Of a DNA stretch of 64,000 nucleotides, positions 14,309-29,570 are shown one piece after another; position 1 is the stretch's first letter; each line of letters starts with the position of its first letter. The translations under genes were made by a program, and so were the position numbers. The stretch comes from the human T2T-CHM13v2.0 reference genome, Homo sapiens. The notes below the pieces were generated by a model that did no database searches, was not told the origin of the DNA, and worked only from the letters and a program-made list of their open reading frames with translations. The DNA lies in NCBI RefSeq assembly GCF_009914755.1, contig NC_060938.1; one strand, 5' to 3'.

Positions 14309-16092
14309 AATATCAAGCATACTTTGGTGTCCACAGTTGGAGCTCTTTACAGATCTGGTGTCAGTGATGGTGACGACAAGGAGAAGGAAGAGTTGTAAAT
14401 GACTTTGCTCTTTTGAGTAAGTGATCATCAAATGTCCTTGCAGTCAGAATGGCAAACAAATGGCATGGCCTGTCAGTATCTGAAGTTAATTTGGGCTGGC
14501 TGTCCTTTCTTTTTGGATATTTAGGTTTCAGTAATGATTTCCCGAAGGCCACAATAATAAACATGTGTTATGTTATAAAAAGCGGGTGCTGCATACATTG
14601 GAAGCAAGGCCCCCTAATTGAATCACCTGTGCTATGACTCTTTCAACTCCTAAGGCATAATTGAAGCACTATCTCAGTTGGCATCTTTGTGGTTTCCATC
14701 CACACATTCTTACTTTCTGGTAGCTGGATTATGAACAACCCCAAGGTCAGGCTTGTGTAGAACCCAACATCTTACATATTTTACTATTGATAAAATACAC
14801 CCTGAGTATAAATGTTCACATAACACTTTCTCTCATCTCTATAGTTATGTTTCTTTCTTATGACCTTGGCCACATACTTTAAACTCCTTGGGAAAATATG
14901 CTGCCGTTAAAAACGCTTCACCTATTTCTTGAAAAATGACCGACAAGATGTTTTTCGTCCAATTCTGTCGTATATTTCTATTCCCTAGATTTAAATTTCC
15001 TGGACTTAACTGTTCCCTATAGTTAGCAGAAACATTATTTTAAGAACAATTTAAGTTGAACTTCATGTGAAACTGGCTACTGAATCTGAGTCGGGACCTT
15101 CTTCTGGAGGGAGGTAATTAAATATTCCTTATTGATGCTATTTTAAATGTGTTGAATGAAAGGAGTTAATTATACAGCAGGGAACATGGCAGAGTTCTGA
15201 CTAATAATGAGCTCAATGTTTAATGTCTTCATCTTTGTTAGAATCATTAAAGTTGTTTGAACCAATCAGATGTTTCAAGTGAATGTAGACTCACAGCTAA
15301 CCAGCTCCAAATGGCAATCCCTCACAGATGCAGGAGCTGGTATATCTAATGATGACTTCAGGAAAAGGATGGCGATATATTGCTTTCTTCCATGCAGTAT
15401 AATCTGTTTCAGTTGGTCTTCCATCGTGATGGTAAAGAGAAAAGAATAAGTCTTATTTCCAAAATTTCATGTGTTATAATGGAATGATGTTTGTGCCTGG
15501 ACATATAAAAGAGGAAATGATTTTGTTTTTTCCTTAAAGTTTTACGTAGCCAATCTCTTTGGAATCTGGTGCAATATTGACATTTCTGGCTGCCAATTCC
15601 TCACATGATAAATGCATTAACACTAAATCTTAGGATGCCCAGGAATCACTAGAGGACCAAGCACTGTCCTAAAGAATGGATCTCCTGTAATACTGTTGTA
15701 GAGAAATGTAGGCTCTTGAGGTCAGGTTTTTCATACCGTATTACTGGTTTGTTATGTGTCTTTAAATAAATTTTGCAAACTCCCCGACACTCAAACTACT
15801 TCCTCTTAAATTTCTCCTCCCTTCTGATTGCTTCACCAAACAGCCTGTGGCTTTGTTTTTATTTACAGGACTCCTAAGACTCTGTCCTGTCCTGTCTATG
15901 CTGGGGAATGTAAAGTACAGAAGATTACTTCCTTGGTTCTCCATGGAAGTCCTTTTACCCAGCTGTGAGGATTGTAACAATGATTGGCGGTGACATCACT
16001 CTATTACTGAACTTCACATATGGGAGTTGGGAGACTTTGAGGAATCAGTAGGGTGAATTTACCAAGTTCTCCCATGAGCCCAGGCAGCCGGG

Positions 16093-16109
16093 GTGTGTGT
16101 GTGTGTGTA

Positions 16110-16145
<36 letters not shown>
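16093..16145. repeat. (TG)n imperfect microsatellite
   Basis: TG run with two interruptions. Confidence 0.95.
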
Positions 16146-16147
<2 letters not shown>

Positions 16148-16359
16148 GGAAGAGTAAGTGTTAGGACAGAACAGCAGCCATCATGGGAAAGGGAAATCCT
16201 AGTTCCACCTAGGATGGTTACTTCGTGGAGAGGGTTACTTTGGGTAGTTACGGCAGCCTTCAGGGTTTTCAAGAATAATATAACATATATGATTTATATT
16301 TTTGAACTTCGATTTTACCACTGCGTTCCCTCCAGTGTACTTAGTAGAGATAGGATCAT

Positions 16360-16590
16360 GTGTATCGAGAGCTCAGGCTTTAGAATCCCACAGGTCTGGA
16401 ATGAAATCTCAGCTCTGACTTTTACTACCCATGTGACTTTGGACAATTTATGTATCCACTGTCAGCCCATTAGATAACCTTTAAAATGGGAATAAAGTAG
16501 TGCTTGCTTTGCAGAATTGCTGTATGGATTAAATGAGATAATTCAGGTAAAGCACATAGTTGAGTGCAAAATTAATTTATCACATATTAT
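16360..16590 (+). mobile_element. MIR SINE
   Basis: tcagctctgacttttactacccatgtgactttggacaa...taaaatgggaataaagtag...ggattaaatgagataa. Confidence 0.75.
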
Positions 16591-17212
16591 TAGAAATGTG
16601 GTTGAAGATTGTTTTGTTATTTAGATGAATCATATTTAAATCTTTCATTTTCAAGTATCTAAGACTTCCAAGGACTAAAACTTCCCTCTGAATTTTACCA
16701 CTCATCCCAGCTGGAGATCTAAGATAACTATTTTTGTGTTTGTTTGTTAATTATTTGACATGTTTCTTCTCAAATTAAGGGAAAATTCTTATTTCGGAGT
16801 CACTGTTCAGAATGAAAATGTGAGACTAAGTATTTGTTTTGCAAAGCGCAACAGAATAGAGAAGAAAAGTTGGGCATTCTGTAGGGCGACCCATTTGGAA
16901 AAATAAATCCTACCCCTTTTGAAGGGGAGAAATTAATGAGATGAGTGTCAGTCCCTCCCTCCCCACCCACTGACCTCTCTCTGGGATCACACACCAACAG
17001 CCTATGATGAAGTGTTGCTGCAGTGCAATGGAGCAAGGTTACCTTCACAGTAACAGCTTTTCTCTGGCCAGATTACTTTATAGCCAAAGATGTGGTTATT
17101 TTCACCTAAACGTTTCATTTAAATACATTGTAAAGTGTGACCTAGGAAAACGAGACAAAATCATTCTAAGCTGTATAGAGTTGGATTGTTTGTAGAAATG
17201 CTGGACATTAAC

Positions 17213-17386
17213 CAATGACTCTCAACTTGAATGTACATCAGAATCCCCAGGAGGGCTTGTTAAGAAACAGATTCCTAAAACCTTACTCCAAAGTAGGTGT
17301 CAGGTGGAGCCTGAGAATTTTCATTTCTAACAACCTTCCAGGTGTTGCTGATGCTGCTAGCCAAGGAACCACACTTAGAGAAACAC
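17213..17386 (-). mobile_element. MER5A DNA transposon
   Basis: catcagaatccccaggagggcttgttaa...catttctaacaa...gctgatgctgct...accacactt. Confidence 0.8.
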
Positions 17387-17404
17387 CTTCAAAGTGCATA
17401 TTTT

Positions 17405-17573
17405 CGTGTCTTACTATTCAAAGTATGCTCCCTGGACCACCTGCATTAGCATCACCTGAGACCTTGTTGGAAATGCAAATTATCAGGTCCCACTTCAGAT
17501 GTAATGAATTAGAATTGTATTTTCATCAACTCCCTGAAGTGACTTGTTTGCATATTAAAGTTTGAGGAACACT
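17405..17573 (+). mobile_element. MER5A-family DNA transposon
   Basis: caaagtatgctccctggacca...gcatcacctgag...gaaatgcaaat...aaagtttgaggaacactg. Confidence 0.8.
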
Positions 17574-17589
17574 GATCTAGTGATTATAG

Positions 17590-17810
17590 CCAAGGTCTTT
17601 GGAGAGTTGAGAATCTGAGACAGTCAGCCCTGGATTCAAGTCTCACCTACTGCCATTTTCTAGCCCTGTGATTTTGGGGGTGTTGTCATTTTTCTTCTTT
17701 TTAATTCCCAATTTCATCTGAGAAATTGGGATGATCATACTTGAAAAGTTGTGAAGATTAAATGTGATAATGTAGGTAAAATGCATACAATTAGTAGTGT
17801 TGTTAAATTA
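17590..17810 (+). mobile_element. MIR SINE
   Basis: cctggattcaagtctc...gttgtgaagattaaatgtgataatg. Confidence 0.65.
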
Positions 17811-18050
17811 TGTCTTCATTTCTTTTTATGTGAAACCTGTCCTGTGAAACCATTAGAAACAGCTGTTTGAAGAAGGTATTTGAAATTCTCTCTGAAGTGT
17901 TTTCCTATGTCCTGTTTTGAGAGAAGCTATTTTCACAGTATGGCATTAGATTGTCCTCACTATATTATTTTGTGTATGAGTGACAGCTGTAGAGATATAT
18001 AATGGTTTGAGTTTGCCAAGTCACAGCCCCCTCGTTTGACCTCTGAATTT

Positions 18051-18054
<4 letters not shown>

Positions 18055-18089
<35 letters not shown>

Positions 18090-18110
18090 TGAGAGAGAGA
18101 GAGAAAGAGA
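18055..18110. repeat. (TG)n(GA)n compound microsatellite
   Basis: TG run followed by GA run. Confidence 0.95.
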
Positions 18111-18341
18111 TACAGATAGACATTTCGTTGGAGGAGGAGTGTGAGGGAAAACCTAGGGTTTTCTTTCTTCTCTAATAATAAAATATGACATAGGCTTTCA
18201 AAGATAAAATTCGATTTGTAATATTTGACAACACTGGTTAGTCAGCCCTAACCTCACTGATATATTATGAAGATGAAGGTTATGCCAGTTAATAAAGTGT
18301 TTTGAGAACATTGAAAGGTGCTAATAAAATTGGATATTTGA

Positions 18342-18655
<314 letters not shown>

Positions 18656-19280
18656 TGACATTGTTTAATTTTTTAAAGTACAGCCCTTAGTGATAATTTT
18701 TCCTTTTCTGTAGCCAGAGAGGATTCTAGTATTTTGGCAGTTGGACGATATCTTATCTCTCTCAATGCCCTCATCAGTTGAGAAATAAGCCTCTTTCTTT
18801 TAGTATTTTATATTCTCAAAGCTCAGAACATTTCAGAGTCATGTTATGTAAAAATGAGGTATAATGGCTGCAGAGAAAATAAATTAAAATGAGAATTGCG
18901 CTAATGCAAATTAAAAGGGTTAATGGGAGCATTTTCTTCTGGGTCTCAATGTAGGTCTCTGTACAGATGATTGAGGGGTTTTTGGATCCTGAGTGTTATT
19001 CAGCTTGGAGGGGCTCTTTTCTGAAATTGCTGGCTCCCATACAAATAGGCCTCTTAGGACCAGTCATTATGATGCACACCTTGCACTATAACTACATTTT
19101 TAACATTTACAGGTAGGGCGGTGGAGCTCTTCACTGCTTAGTTACTACCCAGGGTAATCTCCTTCAACTGTAACAGCAAGTCACCAAGTTCTTAATGAGT
19201 ATCTCCTGTTGGTCCATGGTAATGAGGGTAGGTGTGTGGGAGAGGCAAACTGTAAGACCTTTCGCTGCAAATCCTATAAG

Positions 19281-19460
19281 CACTTGCCACTCAAAGTGCG
19301 ATCCACAAAACCAGCAGCAGTAGCAGCACCTACCAGCTTGTTAGAAATGCAGAGTCTCAGGCCCCACTTCAGACCCACTGAAAGAGAATCAGCAGTTTAA
19401 CAAGATCTCCGGAGGCTGTGGGGGAGACTCACAGGCAGCTTAAAGTTTCAGGAGCTCTGC
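19281..19460 (+). mobile_element. MER5A-family DNA transposon
   Basis: ctcaaagtgcgatcc...accagcagca...cttgttagaaatgcagagtctcaggccccac. Confidence 0.8.
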
Positions 19461-20663
19461 TTTAAGAAACATTCCTTTCAGAGAGGGAACTTAAACTGAG
19501 CCAAGATCTAAAACCATGTGAACTCCAAATTCAGAGAATCAGGTCAGTGGTCACCAGAACAGAGGGTATAATAATTGGTTATAAACCATTCTAATAGTTG
19601 TAGGTTTAAAGGAACATGTAAGTGTGAGGTCAGTTATTCACTGTATTATGAAAGATATGCTTTATAGTTTGCCTCAAAAAAAAGGAAGTCTGATTAAATG
19701 TCCTCAATCTATGTGGCAGATCCAAGTAAGACCCCAAAGGTTAAAAACAAAACAAAGCAAAAAGGGCAATGCCGTGATCAATTGCAAGTCAGAGTTAAGA
19801 TCAAAATTAAAATATGAGGTTTGTAAATACAATGGTAATAGAAATTTGACGTTAGCATACGAGGCTCCCCATTGTTTGGAACCCTGGTTTAAAAGCTAGA
19901 ATCAAAAGAATTTTGTCTAGACCTAATGCATACTCTCACTTAAGCTAAGTGGAAATCTTTGCCTCTGTTCCAGTAACCAAATCTGTGGCAGAGCTGGGAG
20001 TGGAGGTATTGGTGAGGGTTGTGGGTGGGGAGCAGTGTCATCCCCCAACACACTTTGTGACAGTTTTTAAGGAATTAGTTGATGAGACTCTTGTTTATTC
20101 TATGGTGCAGAGAGATTAGAGGAAGCAGTTTGAGAGCAAAGGTCAGACTGTTGATGCTGGGTTGAAATAGTCTCTAAGATGCAGACAGGTATAGATGTCC
20201 TGCCAACAACCAGCAACACAGGGTTGTCCCCAGACTTGCTCTCCTGATATTAGAGTCTGGCTATTCTTCTGAACCAAATACATTATTTTACTTTATGACA
20301 AGTGCTATTACATTTAAGGACTTTAGAGACACTGTGATTCTCTCTGACATCATAGCAAAATTTTTATGTGTGTGCCCAAGTACTACTACTTTTTTTTTTT
20401 TTCCTTTGGCTTCCCAAGAAGAGGACCTACTTATTGTTTGTATCAGATTTTTCAAGGCACCTTGGGATATAAAATTTTAAGTCTGCTGAATTGGAGAATT
20501 TCTATTTATTTTCCCAGGGGAACCCTTTGGAGTTCTGTCCTACTCAGCTGCGTTATCCCCTAGATTTCTGTAACTGTATTAGTTAGGATGCTTTGGAGTG
20601 CTAGAAACAGCAAATCTGGCTCAAATTGCTCCAACCAATAAAACCAAGTCACTGACATGTAAC

Positions 20664-21356
20664 TGTAACCGCCCAATGGGTTCACCTTGTCTGCTGCCTA
20701 GATAGAACCGATTTATCAAGACAGGGGAATTGCAATGGGGAAAGGGAAATTCATGCAGAGCCGGCTATGCAGGAGACCGGAGTTTTACTATTACTCAAAT
20801 CAGTTTCCCTGAGCATTTGGGGATCAGAGTTTTTCAAGATAATTTGGCGGGTAGGGGCTTGGGAAGTGGGGATTGGTCAGGTTGGCAATGGAATCATAGG
20901 GGGTCGAGGTGAGGTTTTCTTAATGTCTGCTGTTCCTGGGTGTGGTGGCAGAACTGGTTGGACCAGATTACCAGTTTGGGTGGTGTCAGCCGATCCATCC
21001 TGTGCAAGGTCTGCAAAATATCTCAAGTACTGATCTTAGGAGCAGTTTAGGGAGCATCACAGTCTTGTAGCCTCCAGCTGCATGACTCCTAAACCATAAT
21101 TGCTCATCTTGTGGCTAATGTTTGTCCTACAGAGGCGATCTAGTCTCCAGGCAAGAAGGAGGTCTGCTTTGGGAAAGGGCTTTTATCGTCTTTGTTTTAA
21201 ACTGTAAGCTATAAAGTATAAACTAAGTTTCTCCCAAAGTTAGTTCAGTCTACCCCCAGGAATGAACAAGGACAGCTTGGAGGTTAGAAGCAAGATGGAG
21301 TCAGTTAAGTTAATCTCTTTCACTGTCTCAGTCATAATTTTGGAAAGGCAGTTTTA
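20664..21356 (-). mobile_element. LTR8 (ERV1) solo LTR
   Basis: tgtaaccgcccaatgggttcaccttg...ctcagtcataattttggaaaggcagtttta; 4-bp TSD taac at 20660-20663 and 21357-21360. Confidence 0.88.
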
Positions 21357-21586
21357 TAACTGAAAAGAACAGCCTGGCTCGCTCTTCATGAGACTTGATA
21401 CAGGGTACAAAGGTGTCACCTAGAGCATTTTTTTCTTTCTCTTTATTTCCTGTGCCTTTCCTGCATCTGCCAGAAGATGACCTACCAAGGCTAGATCCTT
21501 GTGTACCTCTCAAATGTTGGCCAACAACTCTGGGGCCAACTGCTTTCCCTTTCAATTTGAGTTGGAGAGAAATAATTTTTGTCCCA

Positions 21587-21625
21587 TCAATCTCAGGAAA
21601 ATACTTTCAATCTCAGGAAAATATT
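21587..21625. repeat. 20-bp tandem duplication
   Basis: tcaatctcaggaaaata repeated at period 20. Confidence 0.85.
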
Positions 21626-21698
21626 TCAAATATTTCCTTCAAATTCACTGAAGTTGGGTTGATATAGTTTACCTGCACAGTCTGGAGGAAAGAATCCT

Positions 21699-21830
21699 TT
21701 TTCCCTTTTTTGAGGAGATGTTGTCTTGCTCTCTTACCCAGGCTGATCTCGAACTCCTAGGCTCAAGCAATCCTCCTGCCTCGGCCTCCCAAAGTGCTGG
21801 GATTACAGGTGTGAGCCACCATGCCCTGCC
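21699..21830 (-). mobile_element. FLAM_C / Alu monomer
   Basis: single antisense monomer (gaactcctaggctcaagcaatcctcctgcctcggcctcccaaag) after a T tract. Confidence 0.85.
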
Positions 21831-23411
21831 TGAAAAAATCACTTTTGCCAGAGGGATAGCTGATTTAGTTAGTGCATGTGCTCTATCCCTGGAGCCAGGG
21901 CAGTTTCTAAATGGAAGTCAGTGGAATAAAATTCTGGGAAGAGAGGTAAAAAAATGTTTACCAGTTTTCTCAGAATGCCAGCTCTGTTTGACACTTCTCT
22001 CTCAGGACTTTGAAGACTCCAAGAGGAATGTATTATTATCTATATTCTACTGAGGCAAGCCCTGAAGTCAAAAGTTTTAAGTGAAATAGGTGGGGTTGTG
22101 CTACTGGTCTGCCAACTCCAGATCCTTCCAGGGCTCATCTGACCATGTAGGAGTCTAGTTTATGGTATCCACCCAGCTGGTGCTAGGAGGTGAGTGAGAG
22201 GAAGAAGAGGCAGACTCTTTCTCTCTCCAATTAGCCTCTGCCTCTCTGTTTGGTTAATAAGATCCATATATTTAATATGCTCAATGTGCTTTAATGTGTT
22301 ACCAAACCATTTGAGTCTGTTGTCACATAGGAAATGTAGAACTTTTCAAACACTATTAAATTCCCTTAATCGATTAAAGATACTGCCAAAATGGTTTACA
22401 TGAAAGAACTAACATAATAGATTAAAATATCTTTTTCTTTTACATTTATTCATTACATTAAATTTTATGCCATGGTTATAGATCTGAAACTAATTAAAAC
22501 AATTATACATTGACTTTTTTATTCCTAAATGTATCATGTTTTTAGATGTGTAAAAATAAGAAACAGATTCAGATTTAAAAAATAAGCTATGACTCAAAAA
22601 AAATTAATGTGAAATGCATCTGGAAAATTTCTCTTTTGAAACTGAAATATTCCTCTTACTAAAAAGTTGACAATATAACTCTTTGTAACACAAAGTATAT
22701 CAGGAGAATCTTTGGCAAAATGGTGAAAGAAACTCTTACAGAATATGTAAGTCACCTAAGTTCCAGAATTCAATCTGTGCTAAGATTTTTATGGCTCAGA
22801 GGGAAATATCATGGACTCTTTATGTTATAAAAGGAGTGAACTATGTGATTATATCTTATTCTGAATATCAACTGTAAGAAGCAGATTCTCACGGGCTTCA
22901 TCCAATATGCTCTTGTAATTCTTTCTAACATATGTCCTCTATTCACGAAGAACAAGAAAACATCTCCAGTTTAACTGCATTTTTTGTTTGTTTTATTAAA
23001 TTCTTTTTTTGGGTATTTGCACGTTCCAACTACCCAGAAAATTACTCAAAATATTTGCCTTGTGGTCTCTGTGGCACTGAGCATTTAAAGCAAACTAGTG
23101 TAGTTTTGGCTTGGTAGAGATTGAACACCCTTTCGTGTTTCAAATATTTTTAGAGAAGAAATTCAGATACAAAAGCCATATAAGATTTATCATCACTTTG
23201 ACATTAAGGGAGCAGCCATGGGTTAAATTACTTGCTTTAGGTGGGTAAGGGAAATTGATATTACACCGATTCTGTCCTCAGCACCAGACTGTGTAATGTG
23301 GGGTCACCAGAAACCTCTGACACAGCTCCTGTCCTCGGGGTGTTTATGATGAGGTTTTGAGAAAAGCCAGACTAATAAGAATTAGATTCACAATGCCATG
23401 TCTTAGCAGGA

Positions 23412-23829
23412 TGATATAGTTTGGGTACTTGTCCTCTCCAAATCTCATGTTGAAATAGAATCCCCAGTGTTGGCGATGCAGCCTGGCAGGAGGTGATTGG
23501 GTCATGGGAGCAAGTCTCTCATGAATGGTTTAGCACCCTCCCTTTGGTAATAAGTGAATTCTCCCTCTGAGTCCACATGAGACTTGGTTGTTTAAAAGTG
23601 TGTGGCACCTCCCTCCTTTGCTTTCTTTGTTCCTGCTGTCACCTTATGATACCCCCCTTTACCTTCTGCCATGATTGAAAGTTTTCTAAGGCCTCACCAG
23701 AAGCTGAGCAAATGTTGGCACATGCTTCCTGTACGTCCTGCAGATCCATGAATCAGTTAAACCTATTTTCTTTATAAATTATCCAACCTCAAGTATTTCT
23801 TTATGGCACCACAAAAATGGCCGAACACA
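23412..23829 (+). mobile_element. MST-family (MSTB-like) MaLR solo LTR
   Basis: tgatatagtttgg...aaatctcatgttgaaa...aaacctattttctttataaattatcc...aacaca; 5-bp TSD cagga/caaga. Confidence 0.88.
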
Positions 23830-23859
23830 CAAGATATGTCTGCTTGGCCTCCAAAATAA

Positions 23860-24830
<971 letters not shown>

Positions 24831-25280
24831 GAAGATGGCACCAAATTAATACACTGAAAATGCCACAAGATTTTAGACAAATGTAAAAACATTCAGGCTT
24901 TGATTATTTGGTGAACATTTTGAGGCATTACGTGAGTTGGAGCAAAACTCTTGAGGTTAAATAATATTTGAATGGGCTCTGAGAGGCAAGGGGAGCGTGG
25001 CCATGCTTGTCCCCCCACCCTTATCTGTATTCTGATAAGAAAATACAGAATAAATTTCTTTGAAATTAAAAAATAACTCAAACTCTCTGTAATTATTTTT
25101 CTTTAATTTTCTGAGAGAAGGTTTTTTTTTAATTTGGAGAAATTTTTAAAAATTAAATAAAAACTAGAAATAATACTTAATGTCTTGACAAAGTATTAAC
25201 TTGATCTAGTTTCAGAAAGATCTCATTAAACTGCCTGATAAAGTGATTATTCAGTGCCACTTTCATAGAGTTTTCAGTAA

Positions 25281-25612
<332 letters not shown>

Positions 25613-26229
25613 AACATTTCCCTTTTCAGTAGCAGGTGAAACCGTCTTGGTATTGACACAGAAATGCTGATAGGAAAAGGTGATGAACTCATACACACTA
25701 AAAATATGACATCTACCTCTAAAAGTTTTAGAAATATGTGGAAAGCATTCTTGGCCCTTTTCTCCTAAGTTAAGACTGTTCGCAAATCACTTTTGAGAGC
25801 GAAGTGACGATGACATTTTTCTCACTCAAGTCCTAACTCATTTCTAGGCATATAATTTGAATTAAACCCTTATATATAATTTTCTAATTAGATTTTTCTT
25901 CTTTCATGGCTTTTTAAGCTTTACATAACCTTTGTGCTTCCTTTTTCCATTAATCCTTCAAATGCCAGCATCCTGCCAAGAGGGTATTTACCGCAGTATT
26001 TCCATCATTGTTAACAGAGCCACAAGTTTTTTTCCAGTATATTGAAATTACCCATCCATGAGAAAATGCAGTCTTGGATTTTTAATTATTTAGTTGACGC
26101 TTATTCAACTATATGATGTAAGTAGGCCTTTTCTCCCTAATGTTTTATTACCAGTTAAAGCACAGACAGGTATTTTACTTTAATTTAGATATAGAGTAGG
26201 TAACAGAGAGCTGAAATTTTAAAAATTAG

Positions 26230-26568
<339 letters not shown>

Positions 26569-27384
26569 TAATCTTCTTAATTTGTCACTTAGAGTAGGGC
26601 AGTCGCCACAATATGGAAATGAGCTGGGATTAGTGTTATCACTGGGAAGTGATTGTAACTTTTGGGTTTGTACCAAGAAGTATATAGAATTGCTTAAACT
26701 TCTGCATGATCAATTACTGCAGATTTTTGCACCTAGCTCCACTACGTAGTCCATCACATTTCATAGGGCGATTTCTCCACTCCTTTATCATAGAACCTTA
26801 GGAGAGAATGTTCTTTTATAACTCCCTTGATGGAGTTGCTTAATGCTGCCTTTAATTTAATTGAAAATGGTTGATCAATAAAGTCACTTTTTATGGATTT
26901 ATTTCTACTGTTTGATGTGGCAAATCATTAATTATCATTACCTAAATTAGCATGGATTGCCATGAAAGTGAAAGGAGTAAATTGCTTTATGGATTTCCTA
27001 GTGCATAGTACACATAGAACTTTTCTAAATATACATCCTCTTCAGCAGTTAGTTTGTGCCAGATTTCAATTCCTACGCTACAAGTTCTCCAGCAAACTAG
27101 AGGTGTCCATGTCCAAGTGGACATGCTAAAAAATTCAAATTTTACAGAAATTTTACAGAGACCTTACTTTTGTAAGGTCTCCGGAATCTTTAAAAAAAAT
27201 CTATTTAATTATTGATAGAATTTTAGTGACCACCATAGAGGGGAGTACCTGTGTAAGCAGAAAGCAGGAGGAAATGAACCCATTTCCAGAAAACGAACTA
27301 GACATTAAGGAGAAAAAAAGAAGAGAAAGAAAAGTAAAAAGAAAGGAGAGCAAATACCTCTAGGTTTTTTATTCTGAAAGCCCA

Positions 27385-27435
27385 TGTTATGGGTTGAATT
27401 GTGTATCTCACCTCCGTCCTCCCCGGGAAAAAAAA

Positions 27436-27484
<49 letters not shown>

Positions 27485-27915
27485 ATATTATACATAATAT
27501 GTTGATGTCCTAACCTCTAGTACCTAAAAACCTTAAAACCTCTAGTACCTCAAAAATTGTATATAGTATGTTGAAGTCCTAACCTCTGTTACCTGTTTGG
27601 AAACAGTCTTAACAGAGGTAATCAAGTTAACATCAAGTCATCAGTGTGGGCCCTAATCTGATAGGACTAGTGTCCTTATAAGAGGAAATTTTGATACAGA
27701 CATACATAGAAAGAAGATTATGCAAAGAGACACAGGGAGAAGATGCCATAGGCAAACCAAGGAGAGAGGCCTAGAGCAGCTCTTAGAAGGAACCAATTTT
27801 GCCAACACCTTGATTTTGGACTTCTGGCCTCTAGAACTGGGTGGCAATAAGTTTCTGTTGTTTAAACCATAGCATTTGTGGTAGTTTGTTACAGCATCAC
27901 TAGCAAACTAATACA
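27385..27915 (+). mobile_element. MLT1B/C MaLR solo LTR with internal (CA)n and internal duplications
   Basis: tgttatgggttgaattgtgt...gcaaactaataca; perfect 5-bp TSD gccca at 27380-27384 and 27916-27920. Confidence 0.88.
27438..27480. repeat. (CA)n microsatellite
   Basis: perfect CA run. Confidence 0.97.
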
Positions 27916-28844
27916 GCCCATAATTTATGACTAGCATTTCATATTAAAATTAAACATATTATATGAAAGCTTCCCCAAACACTGGAATACTATAATCTAT
28001 AAGAGTTGCATTAACTATTTTCATGGAACGTCAGAATGTGGAATCCAAAGAAATTCAGAGCCTAAGCTGGGTACTATCAAAGCATTTTATAATCAAACAT
28101 TCAAGTATGCTCTGATTGAGAGAATTGATTTCCATATGTATCTTTAATAAAGGAACCCAACTTTCATACTTTCATTGTATTAACAAGAACAAGGCACAGA
28201 CTTTGTTAAGCCTGATTCTGAATGTTAAGTAAGCCAAGGGTGAGGAACTAAAATTTGTAGAGAATTGAGTCATGTAGTGTCTACTCTACTGTGGGACTCT
28301 GGTGTTGGAATTATCAAATGACAATGTGAATGCATCATAGAGATTTATCCTGGACTAGCTTACACTTGGACCAAAGGTGATTTATCAGGCTTATCATTTT
28401 ATATTGAAGTCCATAAACTCTCTCTTCTGCATCCCTCTGTTCGGGAGTGTGTGTGGCATAGAACAAATCAGCCTTTGGCACACATTGGAGGAAAGGGTGT
28501 GTGTTTTGTTTTCATAGGTTTTTTTTAGTGATGACAATCAAAAGCCCATTTTCTTGATTCCTATGGATATGAAGCCGATTAAGTATTGATAAGGAGTAAG
28601 GTATTAGAGTTTAAAATCGGGGCCATCTCTGAGCTACATGGTTAGGTCAGTGGCACCTTTCTCTGAATCCATAATCCTCCAAGCCATTTCAGGCCTTTTA
28701 TGCAGTCCTACTGCAACCCAGAACTCCTTCTAGGCCTTCCTCTCCAGGAGCAGTTATGAGATTGAGTGTTAACTGCTTATAAGACACCATATGCTACACA
28801 AAACTTTTTATAAATGTTGTGCTTATATCAACTTTGACATTAAT

Positions 28845-28960
28845 GCTATTATAATCCTCAATTTACAGAAGAAGAAACTGAGGCTTGAAGCGGTTAAATG
28901 ACTTCCCCAGAGACACATAGCAGTATATGCTAGAGGCAGGACTCCAACCCAGAACTGGCA
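28845..28960 (-). mobile_element. MIR SINE
   Basis: tttacagaagaagaaactgaggcttgaagcggttaaatgacttcccc. Confidence 0.75.
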
Positions 28961-29424
28961 GAAAAGCTGATACTTTCAAACTTTCAACTAATGGTCTCTG
29001 CAGCCTCCAAAGTATCAGATTTCTCCGTCAAATCCTTCTTGCCTGGTCTGTCTGACCAACTAATCTCTGATAATGTAACGAAGGTTATAATAAATCCCTT
29101 CCAGAGAGGATATTTGCATTTAACTGGATGTTTATGAAATAATGTGCTGGCAGAAAGAAATGATACTCATGGTGGGAATTTCTCATTCTTTTTCTGGTGG
29201 AATGTATAATCTTGGACAAATCATGACCGCAGGAGTCTTCATTTTATCATCTATAAATGCCAGGATTGGGTTAACTACTGTCTAAAGATCTCTTCCAGAT
29301 TCAAAATTCTATGATTCTTTCACATTAAATGCAACTCCTTTTCAACATATGTGTATACTTGGCCCTTTATTGAACCTTTTTATAAGCTGCCAATTGGAAA
29401 TACACAGTCACGGTAGATATGACA

Positions 29425-29570
29425 ATGAGCAAGTCACTTAATAACTATCAGCCTCAGTTTCCTAATCTACAAAAGGAGGCTATTAAGAGCACCTACCTCA
29501 CAGTGTTAATATTATATACACAAGTAGCAAAATGTCTGGAACAGAGCAAGGGCTCACTAGCTATAGCTTT
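29425..29570 (+). mobile_element. MIR SINE
   Basis: gagcaagtcacttaa...gcctcagtttcctaatctacaaaagg. Confidence 0.7.

Larger units (their letters stand above)
20574..21990. mobile_element. Old MLT1-type LTR interrupted by LTR8 and a FLAM
   Basis: tgtattagttaggatgctttgg...aaacagcaaatctggctcaaa start; resumes after LTR8 at taactgaaaag; right end approximate. Confidence 0.45.

Noticed and set aside
27108-27128. catgtcca-ag-tggacatg palindrome resembling a p53 site
   Set aside because: Both decamers have mismatches and a 4-bp spacer; chance-level
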